Sequence record: MK308676.1
Strand: one strand, 5' to 3'
DNA length: 64,000 nucleotides
Below, in pieces: positions 1 through 9,331 of the stretch. The position numbers and the translations under genes were made by a program. The notes beneath the pieces were generated by a model. It had not been told where the DNA came from, searched no databases, and saw only the letters and a program-made list of their open reading frames with translations. How positions within the stretch are numbered: position 1 is the stretch's first letter; each line of letters starts with the position of its first letter.

Positions 1-27
1 TTTTTTTTTACGTGAGATTACTTATAG

Positions 28-41
28 GTAATATAGGTTTT
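28..41 (-). promoter_or_regulatory. Early (virion RNAP) promoter motif AAAACCTATATTAC, firing leftward out of the window
   Basis: Contains TATATTAC, the phiKZ-type early -10 element; near-identical copies at 13011-13024, 56993-57006 and 62328-62341. Confidence 0.65.
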
Positions 42-60
42 AAAAACGGCAGAAAATACA

Positions 61-84
61 GCTAGTCCCCGCAAGAGGACTAGC
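61..84 (-). terminator. Intrinsic terminator after portal gene
   Basis: gctagtcc...ggactagc inverted repeat just past the stop at 98, followed by a T-rich tract on the minus strand. Confidence 0.7.
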
Positions 85-97
85 TGGTATCTTTATC

Positions 98-2476
98 TTA
101 CTCGGCTGGGAACTCAGGGAACTCTTCCTCTTCCTCATCAAGGAATGGGTCAGGTTCTGGCTGTGCTCCAAATCCGGTTTGTTGGCCACCGAATTGCCAC
201 GTAGGCAGAGGCCCTTGAGAAGGTTCAATCTGGCCGTAGTCTGCATCATCCTTATTAGGGATGCCGTCTTGGTCGACGTCAGTCTCAGCTAAAGCGTCTT
301 GCTCAACCTTACCGAGTTTCTCATCAGCTTTCATTAGGCCCTTAACAACTTCACCGATTGTCTCAAGGATACCGTCATGGTACTCGTTGAGTTTATCGGC
401 GATAACATCGTCATCTTCAGAGCTATGTAAACGTTGAAGTTCAGGTAAGATGTTTTCCGTACGCAAGTATTGGCGTTTGAAGTGTGCCGCGAATAGAGCG
501 CGGATTTCTTCAAGGGCATTACCTGTAATGTCGGCATTAATCAAACCACGTAGCATGGTATCTGAAATGTGTGCTTCCATTACGTCGTCAATGAAATCAG
601 CATAACGACTGTAAGCTTCGATTTGTTGCTCTAGACGAACTTCATCTGCTTGAGGCAGTTGTAAGTCGATTGCATCTAGGAACTCATCTACTTCATCTTC
701 ACCTACTGCGTCTTTAATCATCGAGTAAAGAGAGTTAGAGAGATAAGTAAACTTACGGATACGGTTACGCATCAGTTCACGGAAAATCTTCTGCTCACCC
801 ATACAGGTCTTGGCAAAGAGTTGGTTCTCAGTCAAAGTGTTGATTGCGAAGTCACCAGCCAATGCTTGGTCAACTGCTTCTGCTGGTACAGAGAAGCCTG
901 CATATTGAGCACGTTTAAGTTGCTCTGCTAGTTCGTCATCCACACGCTGAATGTTACGCTGTACGTCTTCTACTTCCAGTTTAGTGTTAGGGTAACGGTC
1001 ACCGCCGTCTACATTAACACGGATACCGGAACGACGTAGTTCGTCCAACATAGACGTTGCTGAGAATGTACCTAACGGAATCGAACGGTCAGTAATGCGA
1101 CCATACTCCATTAACATGGTACGGACTTGCTTAGGTGCATCACGGACTTTATCATCCAGGGTGATGTTCAAGCTCTGTTGTGGGATGTTGTTAGTAATCT
1201 GACGGATAAGGTCAGAGAACATAACCACTGCACGCAGAGAAGTATATAGCTGAGTTTTCTCAAGTAGAGAAACGCCCATACCTAGCGAATCGTAATCGAA
1301 CGCCATGTAGTCAACCATGTACGCAGGGACATATAGAAGACGAGTCTTCTGCTGTGCCATCGCACGAGAGAACATCAACCGATAGAAAGGTTCATGCTCT
1401 TTCAGTTTAAAGAACTGGCCATCGCCTGTCTCTTTAATCGCTTCAACGATTTGCTTCTCTACTTCTCTCTCATAGAGAGCCATGATTTCTTCAGCTTTAG
1501 AACCATCGCGCAAGTTCTCATCGAAACCCATTTGCTTAAGCGCTGAGTATTCTTGAGTAGACTCGCTTTCCATAGCCGCAGTCAAACGCTTGTTAAGTTT
1601 CTCGAAGTAGTTCGAGTCTTCTACGTTTGTTGCAATGTGTCCGTGCTCATCTAACTGGAAGATGTATCCGTTATGGATAGACGGGTCTGTTGGGTCATGG
1701 AGCGGGAGACATGAGTCTTTAGATGCTTCGAATAGAATTGGTTCGCCTTCTTTCTCTAAGTCCTTGCGGTTAGAGAAAAGAGAAACTAGGTTACGTTTCT
1801 TATTGCGGACAATAGGAGCAAACCCGATAGATTCCATTGCAACTTCAGTACGGCGGTTCTCTGCTTGCTGCTTACGGATAAGCGCTTCTCGAAGAGCATT
1901 AACGTTATCGCTGAAATCAGAGATACCTAATGCACCTAGCTTAATCTTACGCTCATCGCTAACAAACTTAGTGTGAGTCTGGAAGAAAGTAGAATCCAAG
2001 CTTTCCATGGATATTTCTTCCTGTCCTTGGATTGCTTGGTCTAGTGCGTTAGGTGGAATCATCACATAGATGTGTGCACCGTACATGAACAATGCTTCGT
2101 TGATGTAACGAGCCATGTCCTTTTCAAAGCGCGTATGTCGCTTCAAGAACTTCTCTACTTCAGTCAAACACTTATGAGCTTTCTCACTAGGTTCGTAGAG
2201 GTCCTTGTCAAATTTAAGTTTAAGCCCAACTTCGACAAAGTCACGTGGAGATAAGATACCAGAAGTTTTAAGTTCCATTACCTTATTGAACTCGGGGAAG
2301 AGCTCCATCATGCCTTTAACGTTGTTGAGTTGGTCGGTGGTTTCGTCGAGTATGCCTTTGACCTGCTCGAACTGTACCTCACTGTTCTGGCCCTGTCGTT
2401 GTTGCTCTGCCCTTTTAGACGCAACAATGGACCTTAGAGGAATTTCCCACTGACCTTCATCTTTATCACCGGCCAT
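98..2476 (-). CDS. Portal protein (phiKZ gp129-like)
   Basis: 792 aa; divergent from a gp128-like gene as in phiKZ-like phages; three S/A-M-E head-protease-type sites; acidic C-terminal tail. Confidence 0.75.
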   Translation of the reverse strand: MAGDKDEGQWEIPLRSIVASKRAEQQRQGQNSEVQFEQVKGILDETTDQLNNVKGMMELFPEFNKVMELKTSGILSPRDFVEVGLKLKFDKDLYEPSEKAHKCLTEVEKFLKRHTRFEKDMARYINEALFMYGAHIYVMIPPNALDQAIQGQEEISMESLDSTFFQTHTKFVSDERKIKLGALGISDFSDNVNALREALIRKQQAENRRTEVAMESIGFAPIVRNKKRNLVSLFSNRKDLEKEGEPILFEASKDSCLPLHDPTDPSIHNGYIFQLDEHGHIATNVEDSNYFEKLNKRLTAAMESESTQEYSALKQMGFDENLRDGSKAEEIMALYEREVEKQIVEAIKETGDGQFFKLKEHEPFYRLMFSRAMAQQKTRLLYVPAYMVDYMAFDYDSLGMGVSLLEKTQLYTSLRAVVMFSDLIRQITNNIPQQSLNITLDDKVRDAPKQVRTMLMEYGRITDRSIPLGTFSATSMLDELRRSGIRVNVDGGDRYPNTKLEVEDVQRNIQRVDDELAEQLKRAQYAGFSVPAEAVDQALAGDFAINTLTENQLFAKTCMGEQKIFRELMRNRIRKFTYLSNSLYSMIKDAVGEDEVDEFLDAIDLQLPQADEVRLEQQIEAYSRYADFIDDVMEAHISDTMLRGLINADITGNALEEIRALFAAHFKRQYLRTENILPELQRLHSSEDDDVIADKLNEYHDGILETIGEVVKGLMKADEKLGKVEQDALAETDVDQDGIPNKDDADYGQIEPSQGPLPTWQFGGQQTGFGAQPEPDPFLDEEEEEFPEFPAE

Positions 2477-2592
2477 CGGTAATCTCCTTATATAAAAGTC
2501 TATAAGATTCTTCGTTCTACCTAATTGGAAACAACGATTTTGCTTAATTGGAAGGCCCTAATCTAATAGGGGTTTACCCGGAGATTATACCC

Positions 2593-4683
2593 ATGTTAAG
2601 TGAACAGTTTGACCTTTACTACCAAGAGACGAAAACTCTGGTAGATTCATTTGTTTTTAAGTTCGATATTCAGAACACAATGTTGAACAACTATATAAAA
2701 GCTTTAGGCCATATTGTTGACGAAGACCCAAGAACTTGGAAATACAATCTAAACTTAGCAGGCGAGTACCATGCGCTAGATGCACCAATGACGGTTATAT
2801 CGTCGGATACTCAATCGGAAATATCTTTCGATAAGAACACGCTGCTTTTACACCCAAGGACGAAGGTTCGTCACGCAAGGGGACAAGATGACTTTACTAA
2901 GCTTGTCGCCCGTTATCCTAATCAGGAACTTCTCATTAACGGTATTGGTCGTCCGATTGCAATGGACGATGTTATTGCCGCCAGAGACTTCCAGCTTTTA
3001 GATTACAACCGCACTCTGATTGCGGCAAATGAAACGACTCTAATAGCTCGTATTCAGAAATGGGTTGACAACCATGTCGACCGAAATTGGAACCCTGACT
3101 TTGCCACTTCCAATCCGCTTTACCCTGCTTCCTTTATTGCTACCATGGCCCAGCTTTTGGTGGGCGCTGTTATGGTTATCCGTTCTGAGTTAGCCCATAC
3201 AAGTGAAGCATCACAATACGAAATATGGACTTATCTAAGTAACCACTATGGCTTAGATGAGTATCGTAACTTTTTAACCCTACCCCAATCCCTATGGTTG
3301 TACCGTAACATCGTTGACATCCGTAAGAATGCGGGTAAGACGAAGAAGCTAGAAGCGATGCTAGAGAACCTAGCTAAGCCATCTGGTTTGAACATTTCTA
3401 AGGTTGACTTTATTCAGTTAGATGTTGGCCTCTTGGAGACTAAGAAGAGAACCAGTTCTTTTTCTTTCTCTGATTATTTCAGTGACGAAGTTTCATTAGC
3501 ATCAGGTAACTTATTTAACTCCGAACAACTACATGAACTTATTAGCGACCAAGCACCTTACAACCCTACTACTTTAGATACTGACTCTGAGGAAGCATCT
3601 AAGAAAGGTAACGCGTTACAAGATAACCGATTACCTACTAAGGTTTTACGTGCCGATGAAGACGGTAGTCTGAAGACACAGACCGTGACCAACTTACCGA
3701 TGAAGGTGAACTATTGGGTTTACCTAGCACATTTAGATAAGTACACGCCTGACTTCACAATAGACATCCCTAACGCAGGTTCCATTTTCTTGAGTGCTAA
3801 AGAAGCATTCATTCTTTACGTCTATGCTGCAAACACCGCTATCGGAAACCCGATGGTAGAAATACCGGCTGTGACAGTCAAGTCTGTTATTCCAGTTTCT
3901 TATCCTATTGCAACGGACCTAGAAAGGTTTGTTCCGACAGAGTCAGCTGTGGGAGGAACAGACATAGCGAGACTGCTAGACAACTTAGTGGAGATAAGAG
4001 AATGTAACTCCATGAATGAGTTCACTCGTTTCGTAGACGAGATACTCAATCAGGAATTGCGTAAAGACTTAGAAGAGAATCTCTTCCAAGACCCCGTAGA
4101 CCGTTCCGTCATGCGAGACCTTTCCAACGCCCTTATTACTGACGTAGAGGTCCCTCTAGTCGACACAGTAACGCGTTATGATGATTGGCTGTATGATAAC
4201 GGTATTGATGCGGTTTCTCTTACACAGCAAGACTGGTGGGATATCTGCTCGACTATTCTTTCAACAGTGGTCGATTATACTGGGGACAATACTTCAATCG
4301 GTGCTCGTCAGAGAGCAATGGTTAAAATCTTAGATTCGTTAACTTCCTACGATGTCTTTATCTTAGGCGGTGAAGGTACAGGTCGTTCTCGTGAGCTGAA
4401 CTTCCCGAACATGTTATTACATCGCGTACACTTTGATATTCCTATCAGTGAACGCATTATAGCTGGGGAAGAAATCTCTCCTCGGTCTGCCGTTATGGTA
4501 GAAACAACAGCGACTCTTAAAATTGAAAACGGTCTGGAAGTGAACGTAGCTCCGCAGCCTGCCGTAGAACAAAGAATCGAAAGCGGTGAAACCGTGAACT
4601 TTGAAATCGACCGTGACAGTACCTTCTTTATAGATGCTCCGGTGCCTTCAGTTCGCCTAGTTAGTGTCGACCCACTTCCGTAA
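2593..4683 (+). CDS. Virion structural/baseplate protein (phiKZ gp128-like)
   Basis: ATG at 2593 with GGAG RBS (track starts at 2548 TTG); WKYNLNLAGEYH motif recalled from this family; position next to portal. Confidence 0.6.
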   Translation: MLSEQFDLYYQETKTLVDSFVFKFDIQNTMLNNYIKALGHIVDEDPRTWKYNLNLAGEYHALDAPMTVISSDTQSEISFDKNTLLLHPRTKVRHARGQDDFTKLVARYPNQELLINGIGRPIAMDDVIAARDFQLLDYNRTLIAANETTLIARIQKWVDNHVDRNWNPDFATSNPLYPASFIATMAQLLVGAVMVIRSELAHTSEASQYEIWTYLSNHYGLDEYRNFLTLPQSLWLYRNIVDIRKNAGKTKKLEAMLENLAKPSGLNISKVDFIQLDVGLLETKKRTSSFSFSDYFSDEVSLASGNLFNSEQLHELISDQAPYNPTTLDTDSEEASKKGNALQDNRLPTKVLRADEDGSLKTQTVTNLPMKVNYWVYLAHLDKYTPDFTIDIPNAGSIFLSAKEAFILYVYAANTAIGNPMVEIPAVTVKSVIPVSYPIATDLERFVPTESAVGGTDIARLLDNLVEIRECNSMNEFTRFVDEILNQELRKDLEENLFQDPVDRSVMRDLSNALITDVEVPLVDTVTRYDDWLYDNGIDAVSLTQQDWWDICSTILSTVVDYTGDNTSIGARQRAMVKILDSLTSYDVFILGGEGTGRSRELNFPNMLLHRVHFDIPISERIIAGEEISPRSAVMVETTATLKIENGLEVNVAPQPAVEQRIESGETVNFEIDRDSTFFIDAPVPSVRLVSVDPLP

Positions 4684-4703
4684 CCCTATAAAGGAACTTT
4701 AAA

Positions 4704-5540
4704 ATGTCTCAAGCATATACTTCCGTTAAAACTATTTACGGCGCAGCATTAGAAGCATCGCGTCGTCCAGGGAATAGTTTTACTCCTCTTCAGCACAGTA
4801 CACTAAACGAACACTTTAATATTGAGTTCGGTACTTCTTACCCAGCAGATGCTCAACCTGAAGTGCAGTACTTAGCTATCGGTCGTGGCGGCCACCGTAA
4901 CGTACCGGGTGGTAGTGGCGAGTCACTAACTGACAACCTACAACACCAAATCGTTAACGCGTGTTTGTTCGACCATCTTCCTTTCTTGCTCGTTCCTGTA
5001 GGCAGCGATATCTCTTCTTCTGAGCGCGATAAGTATCGCCTTCGTCGCGTAGAGAATCACGGCGGTTCAGATTACATTGCATACTACTTGAAGAAGATTG
5101 ACCAAGCAGTATCGACTCCAGTAATCAAAGAGTTGACTATCACAGATGGTAACATCACGGAAGACGTTTATACGCCAACGACTACTCAGCTACAGCCTAC
5201 TCCGGTTTCGATGACTAACGGCATCGTGAATACAGCAACGGGTAAACACATCGCTATTGATACTCCGTTCCCTGTTGTATTGAGTTCAGATGACGTGTCT
5301 AAGATTCTAGACGCTGTTAACATCATCTACTCTGATGCTCGTTACGCTGTAATCTCTGAGATTGGTATCGTGTCAGCAATCGACGCTAACGTAACAGCAG
5401 CATCTGACGGCGTTAACTACGTAGAAGCTCTAGCAGCACAAATCTACAACCACATCGGTACTAACATTCCTCTTGCTCAGCAGCAGCAGGGTGTAACCAT
5501 GAACTTCACTATCGGCACATCAATGCCTTGGGTACAATAA
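4704..5540 (+). CDS. Virion structural protein (phiKZ gp127-like)
   Basis: 278 aa with RBS; operonic with the upstream gene; conserved position. Confidence 0.5.
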   Translation: MSQAYTSVKTIYGAALEASRRPGNSFTPLQHSTLNEHFNIEFGTSYPADAQPEVQYLAIGRGGHRNVPGGSGESLTDNLQHQIVNACLFDHLPFLLVPVGSDISSSERDKYRLRRVENHGGSDYIAYYLKKIDQAVSTPVIKELTITDGNITEDVYTPTTTQLQPTPVSMTNGIVNTATGKHIAIDTPFPVVLSSDDVSKILDAVNIIYSDARYAVISEIGIVSAIDANVTAASDGVNYVEALAAQIYNHIGTNIPLAQQQQGVTMNFTIGTSMPWVQ

Positions 5541-6121
5541 TGCTATATCCTTTACCGAAGGGTAGCACGTACAGAATAGTTGCAACTGACCCCGGCTCTA
5601 ATACAGCCGGGTTTGTTTGTGTCGAAGTAGATGTGGACAAAAGAACATATCATGTTATCGAAGCGATTACCGTAAAAGGTAATAACGTACTTAAACGTTT
5701 CGGTGAACTTAAGGAGCTCAATGAGGAACGCTTCATGAGAAACTTAGGTTATGGTATGGACTATGAAAACTTCCTAGTAAAACACGACCCTTTCTCAATC
5801 GCATCGGAGGCTCCTTATAAAGGACGCTTCGTAGCCGCGTTCAAGGCTCTAACAGAACAGATTACTGTACTGCGAGCTTTCCTATGGAAATGGGACCGTA
5901 CTAAGACCTTCCACCTTTATGAACCCTCAGTCGTTAAGAAAGCGATGGGTGTAAAGGGTGGCTCTAAAGATAAAGAAGATATGCGCAGGGCCCTTGCAAA
6001 AAGAACTGACATATCTTATGGCGACGGAATTTCTCTTGATGTCTTAGACGAACACACAGTCGATGCTGTGTGCGTTGCAATTCATCATTCGGAGAAGTTA
6101 AACTTATGGCCACAAACTTAA
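5540..6121 (+). CDS. ruvC: RuvC-like Holliday junction resolvase
   Basis: IVATDPGSNTAG, ASEAPY and DEHTVDAV carry the RuvC acidic catalytic residues; TAATG overlap with the upstream stop. Confidence 0.8.
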   Translation: MLYPLPKGSTYRIVATDPGSNTAGFVCVEVDVDKRTYHVIEAITVKGNNVLKRFGELKELNEERFMRNLGYGMDYENFLVKHDPFSIASEAPYKGRFVAAFKALTEQITVLRAFLWKWDRTKTFHLYEPSVVKKAMGVKGGSKDKEDMRRALAKRTDISYGDGISLDVLDEHTVDAVCVAIHHSEKLNLWPQT

Positions 6122-6507
6122 AGAGTATGGTCTTAAGCTACGGAACGTATACTACCGGTCTAGGCGTAGGCAGCGCCGTCGGGAGAACCTCTGAGGAAGT
6201 GGAAGCGATATCGAAAGCAGCAGAAGCGGCTTATGCGGTTGACCCTACCACTCACTTCGTATTAAAGTGGTTCCCTGAGGCAGTTGCTCGTGGTGACCTG
6301 TATGTACTTGACGGTGGCTTATTCTACCAAGGAATCTCCTTTACCGTTATTTTCGGTATTGTAGTCAGTATCATTTCGATTGCTGGTTTAGTCGGGCGAT
6401 TCTATTTCGACTGGTCTATTGCTCGCATTAATCGTAAGATTAAGGAAGCAGAACTAGAAGACTTAGAAGAACTCGAAGAATGGAGTTCCTCGGAAAAGAA
6501 AAAATAA
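6106..6507 (+). CDS. Small membrane protein (holin candidate)
   Basis: ATG 6106 after GGAG; hydrophobic FTVIFGIVVSIISIAGLVG; highly charged C-terminus. Confidence 0.5.
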   Translation: MATNLKSMVLSYGTYTTGLGVGSAVGRTSEEVEAISKAAEAAYAVDPTTHFVLKWFPEAVARGDLYVLDGGLFYQGISFTVIFGIVVSIISIAGLVGRFYFDWSIARINRKIKEAELEDLEELEEWSSSEKKK

Positions 6508-6516
6508 ATGAAAGAT

Positions 6517-6547
6517 ACCTCTCCCTAGCTATGTGCTAGGGAGAGGT
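6517..6547. terminator. Bidirectional terminator hairpin
   Basis: 13-bp perfect inverted repeat between convergent genes, with A-rich and T-rich flanks. Confidence 0.75.
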
Positions 6548-6554
6548 CTTTTTA

Positions 6555-9290
6555 TTAATGTTTCGCTACAGCGAAGAACTTAGGTGCTGCTGGAGAACCC
6601 ACAGCTAGAACTTCAACGATTTCGCCCGCATGAGTAACAACATGGAAGTAGTTGTCTTCTACTTGCTTAGCGCGCAGTTCTTTAAACGTACCTGAAAGAG
6701 TACGGTAAAGAGTACGGTCTGCATCGTAAGATAGACGACCTAGAGGAATAGATTCTTCTACTGCTGCTACGACTACGTGAAGGTCACGAGTACGCTCAGT
6801 GATGTGGATAGAACCTTCTTCGTCACCGTTAGAATTAGAGAAGTTAGTTAGACCAACTAGTTCTGTCTCGATGATTTCTTGTAACTCACCCGCAACTTCT
6901 TCACCGTGTGCCCACTCGATTACTGACGCATGGTCTGCGTAGAAACTAGTTAGGGTACAAGTTGGGATTGGAGACGAGATACGGTAGCGTAGGCTTTCTA
7001 CGATTAGTTTAGTGAAGATAGCATCACAGTAACGGAACGCACTTGTTTTACCTGAGTCTTTCAGAGCCTTCATTAGCTGAATGAAAGATTGAGATACGTA
7101 AACGTCATCGCCTTCGTACTCTTCATCCGTATCACGTGCTTCTGCTTGCTGAGCTGCAAGTTCACATTGCTCACGGTAAACAGCTAGTAACTCTTCAGGG
7201 ATGTCAGTCATTGTAGGCACTGTTTCCAATGTGAAGCGATGAATCTCGATAGATTCAGACTTCTCATCAGCTACTAGCGCTAAACGACCTAACTCACCCC
7301 AGTCACTTGCCAGACCTTTGTTCTCACTGAACTCTACAGCGAATGCCTTAGGTAGACCTTGCTCAGTAAACTCAGCTAAGTCTTCCGCAGTACCTTCACC
7401 TTCTTCTAGACGCAGAGTGCGCTCGAATTGACCTAAGTGTGCTTCACGGTCCATCCATTTTTCCTTATCGATTAATACTTCGTAAACCGAACCTTCGTCA
7501 TCGTGACCGACTACGACAGTTTTCTCTTCTTTATAGATACCTAGGTCAGAAGCGAATGTGCTGCCAGCGTCTGCACGTAAACCGGTTTGGGTACGTTCAA
7601 CTACGTGGATTACTGTTCCATCGTTCAGAGTCAACGGAACACTGTTTTCTAGTAAGCTAATCACCTTAGTCTCTACAGCGGGAGCCGGTGCATGTGCATT
7701 TTGTGGAGTTGGCTGAGATGCTGAGTAAGGTGCTTGTTTTTCTGCCATACGGCGCTGACCGCGAGTACGGCGAGCCGAAGTCATTGAAGTCGGCTCTGCC
7801 GCAGCAGGTGCCGGTGCTTGACTGTATGCCGGGTTAGCTTGATATGGTTTAGATTGTGCTGCTGGCGTTGTACCTGCGTTACCTTGCGTAGAACTGTAAA
7901 CGTACGCAGGCTTCGATGGCGCAGGTGCTTGAGTACCGCCAAATTCAGCTGGGTTTAAAAGATTGTTTGCGATGCCGTATTCAATCCATTGAGCTTCAAT
8001 CTCTGGATTCCATTCTACGAAGTTAGGCTGGTAGCCTGGGTAAGCATCGTTAAAGATAAGTAGTGGCTGACCGTTAGGTAGGAACATCAACTGGCCATTG
8101 TCTTGCGCATGAATAACTGCAACTTTAGGTAAGAAGTTGTCCGCTAGTAAGAACGGAGAGCCATCACGGCATACCATTGGTACGCGAGCTTCTGCGCAGT
8201 AAACTTCTACTAGGCGTGGCTGTTGGTTATGGTTGTACATTGTAGTTTCCTCTTTATTCGTTGTGGCGGATGATACGCCTAAGTTACGTTTAGGTAGATT
8301 AGATTTACGTTGGTCCAAGACAGAATCTTCTTGTTCGACAAACTCAGGTTCAGCATATCCTGCTCCTAAGTTATCCATGCCGTCGTCGAAAGTATCTGGC
8401 TCAGGTGTTCTTACTGGTTCTGGTTCCATGTCCAGAAGGTTAGACATCGCTTCTAAAGCTGTCACGCGTTTCACTGGTGCAGTGTTTCCTGTTGGGGCAG
8501 CTACTGTGTTTTCACTGCTCACACCAATACGTCGCTGTGATTGTATTTTACGAGCACGGAACGCTTTATCAGCTTTGTTCTGTTCTCGTCTTTCTGCTTC
8601 ATCTATAGCGGCCTGTACTGAAGGGTCGAGGTTTTCCATGGGCTCTTCCGGTATTTCTAACGTCTTTGGCAACGTTCCTATATTTCCGTTTGCTACATCA
8701 CTTAATGTCAACGACGAAGTATCTTGTCGTTCACGAAGCTGACCATTAAAACGCTCATACGTTTCATTTCGTTCCTGTACTGACAGAGAGAAGAACGCTA
8801 GAGCTTTCGCTGCTTGTTCCTGTCCCAACCTAGCACGTTCGGTGTACTGGGCTTTATACTCCGGTGCAATCCCACTGAATAAGGCAGGCTTACGTACGAA
8901 GATATCAGAAAGTATGCGGATTGCTATTTCCGCTGGAAACGATAAGTCATTCTGTAATATAGGTGTAGGATGTTGTTCATCTGCTCCTAGCATTAAGTTC
9001 TCGTAAGCTACAGTTTGAATGAGCTGTTTAGAGAATAGTAATCCTTCAGGTGAGGTGAACGGTGAGTGCATGTCCGGCTCTTTGATGGCTTCATAGACAT
9101 CAATGAGTGGAGAACCGTACTCGTAAAGAGTATCGGCCATGGCATTCACGCCTTGACAGATATAGTCACACAGGACACCGTCTGCTTGACGCACTGGCGT
9201 TAAGCGTAGTTTGGAATCACAGAACCCTTTATTAAGGGCATTGGCAAACTTTAAATCGTAGCCGGGTGTATCTTCGAATATTTGGTCCAT
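6555..9290 (-). CDS. Large hypothetical protein with long low-complexity central region
   Basis: ~911 aa; Q/P/A/S-rich disordered segments; ATG at 9290 (track starts at 9296). Confidence 0.7.
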   Translation of the reverse strand: MDQIFEDTPGYDLKFANALNKGFCDSKLRLTPVRQADGVLCDYICQGVNAMADTLYEYGSPLIDVYEAIKEPDMHSPFTSPEGLLFSKQLIQTVAYENLMLGADEQHPTPILQNDLSFPAEIAIRILSDIFVRKPALFSGIAPEYKAQYTERARLGQEQAAKALAFFSLSVQERNETYERFNGQLRERQDTSSLTLSDVANGNIGTLPKTLEIPEEPMENLDPSVQAAIDEAERREQNKADKAFRARKIQSQRRIGVSSENTVAAPTGNTAPVKRVTALEAMSNLLDMEPEPVRTPEPDTFDDGMDNLGAGYAEPEFVEQEDSVLDQRKSNLPKRNLGVSSATTNKEETTMYNHNQQPRLVEVYCAEARVPMVCRDGSPFLLADNFLPKVAVIHAQDNGQLMFLPNGQPLLIFNDAYPGYQPNFVEWNPEIEAQWIEYGIANNLLNPAEFGGTQAPAPSKPAYVYSSTQGNAGTTPAAQSKPYQANPAYSQAPAPAAAEPTSMTSARRTRGQRRMAEKQAPYSASQPTPQNAHAPAPAVETKVISLLENSVPLTLNDGTVIHVVERTQTGLRADAGSTFASDLGIYKEEKTVVVGHDDEGSVYEVLIDKEKWMDREAHLGQFERTLRLEEGEGTAEDLAEFTEQGLPKAFAVEFSENKGLASDWGELGRLALVADEKSESIEIHRFTLETVPTMTDIPEELLAVYREQCELAAQQAEARDTDEEYEGDDVYVSQSFIQLMKALKDSGKTSAFRYCDAIFTKLIVESLRYRISSPIPTCTLTSFYADHASVIEWAHGEEVAGELQEIIETELVGLTNFSNSNGDEEGSIHITERTRDLHVVVAAVEESIPLGRLSYDADRTLYRTLSGTFKELRAKQVEDNYFHVVTHAGEIVEVLAVGSPAAPKFFAVAKH

Positions 9291-9331
9291 AAGCAATAAC
9301 TGGGCAGCTTACGCTGCCCAGTCCCTATTAG

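Noticed and set aside
8233-8742. 169-aa plus-strand ORF and the many other short ORFs overlapping long genes
   Set aside because: Antisense or alternate-frame artefacts of biased codon usage; no RBS or motifs
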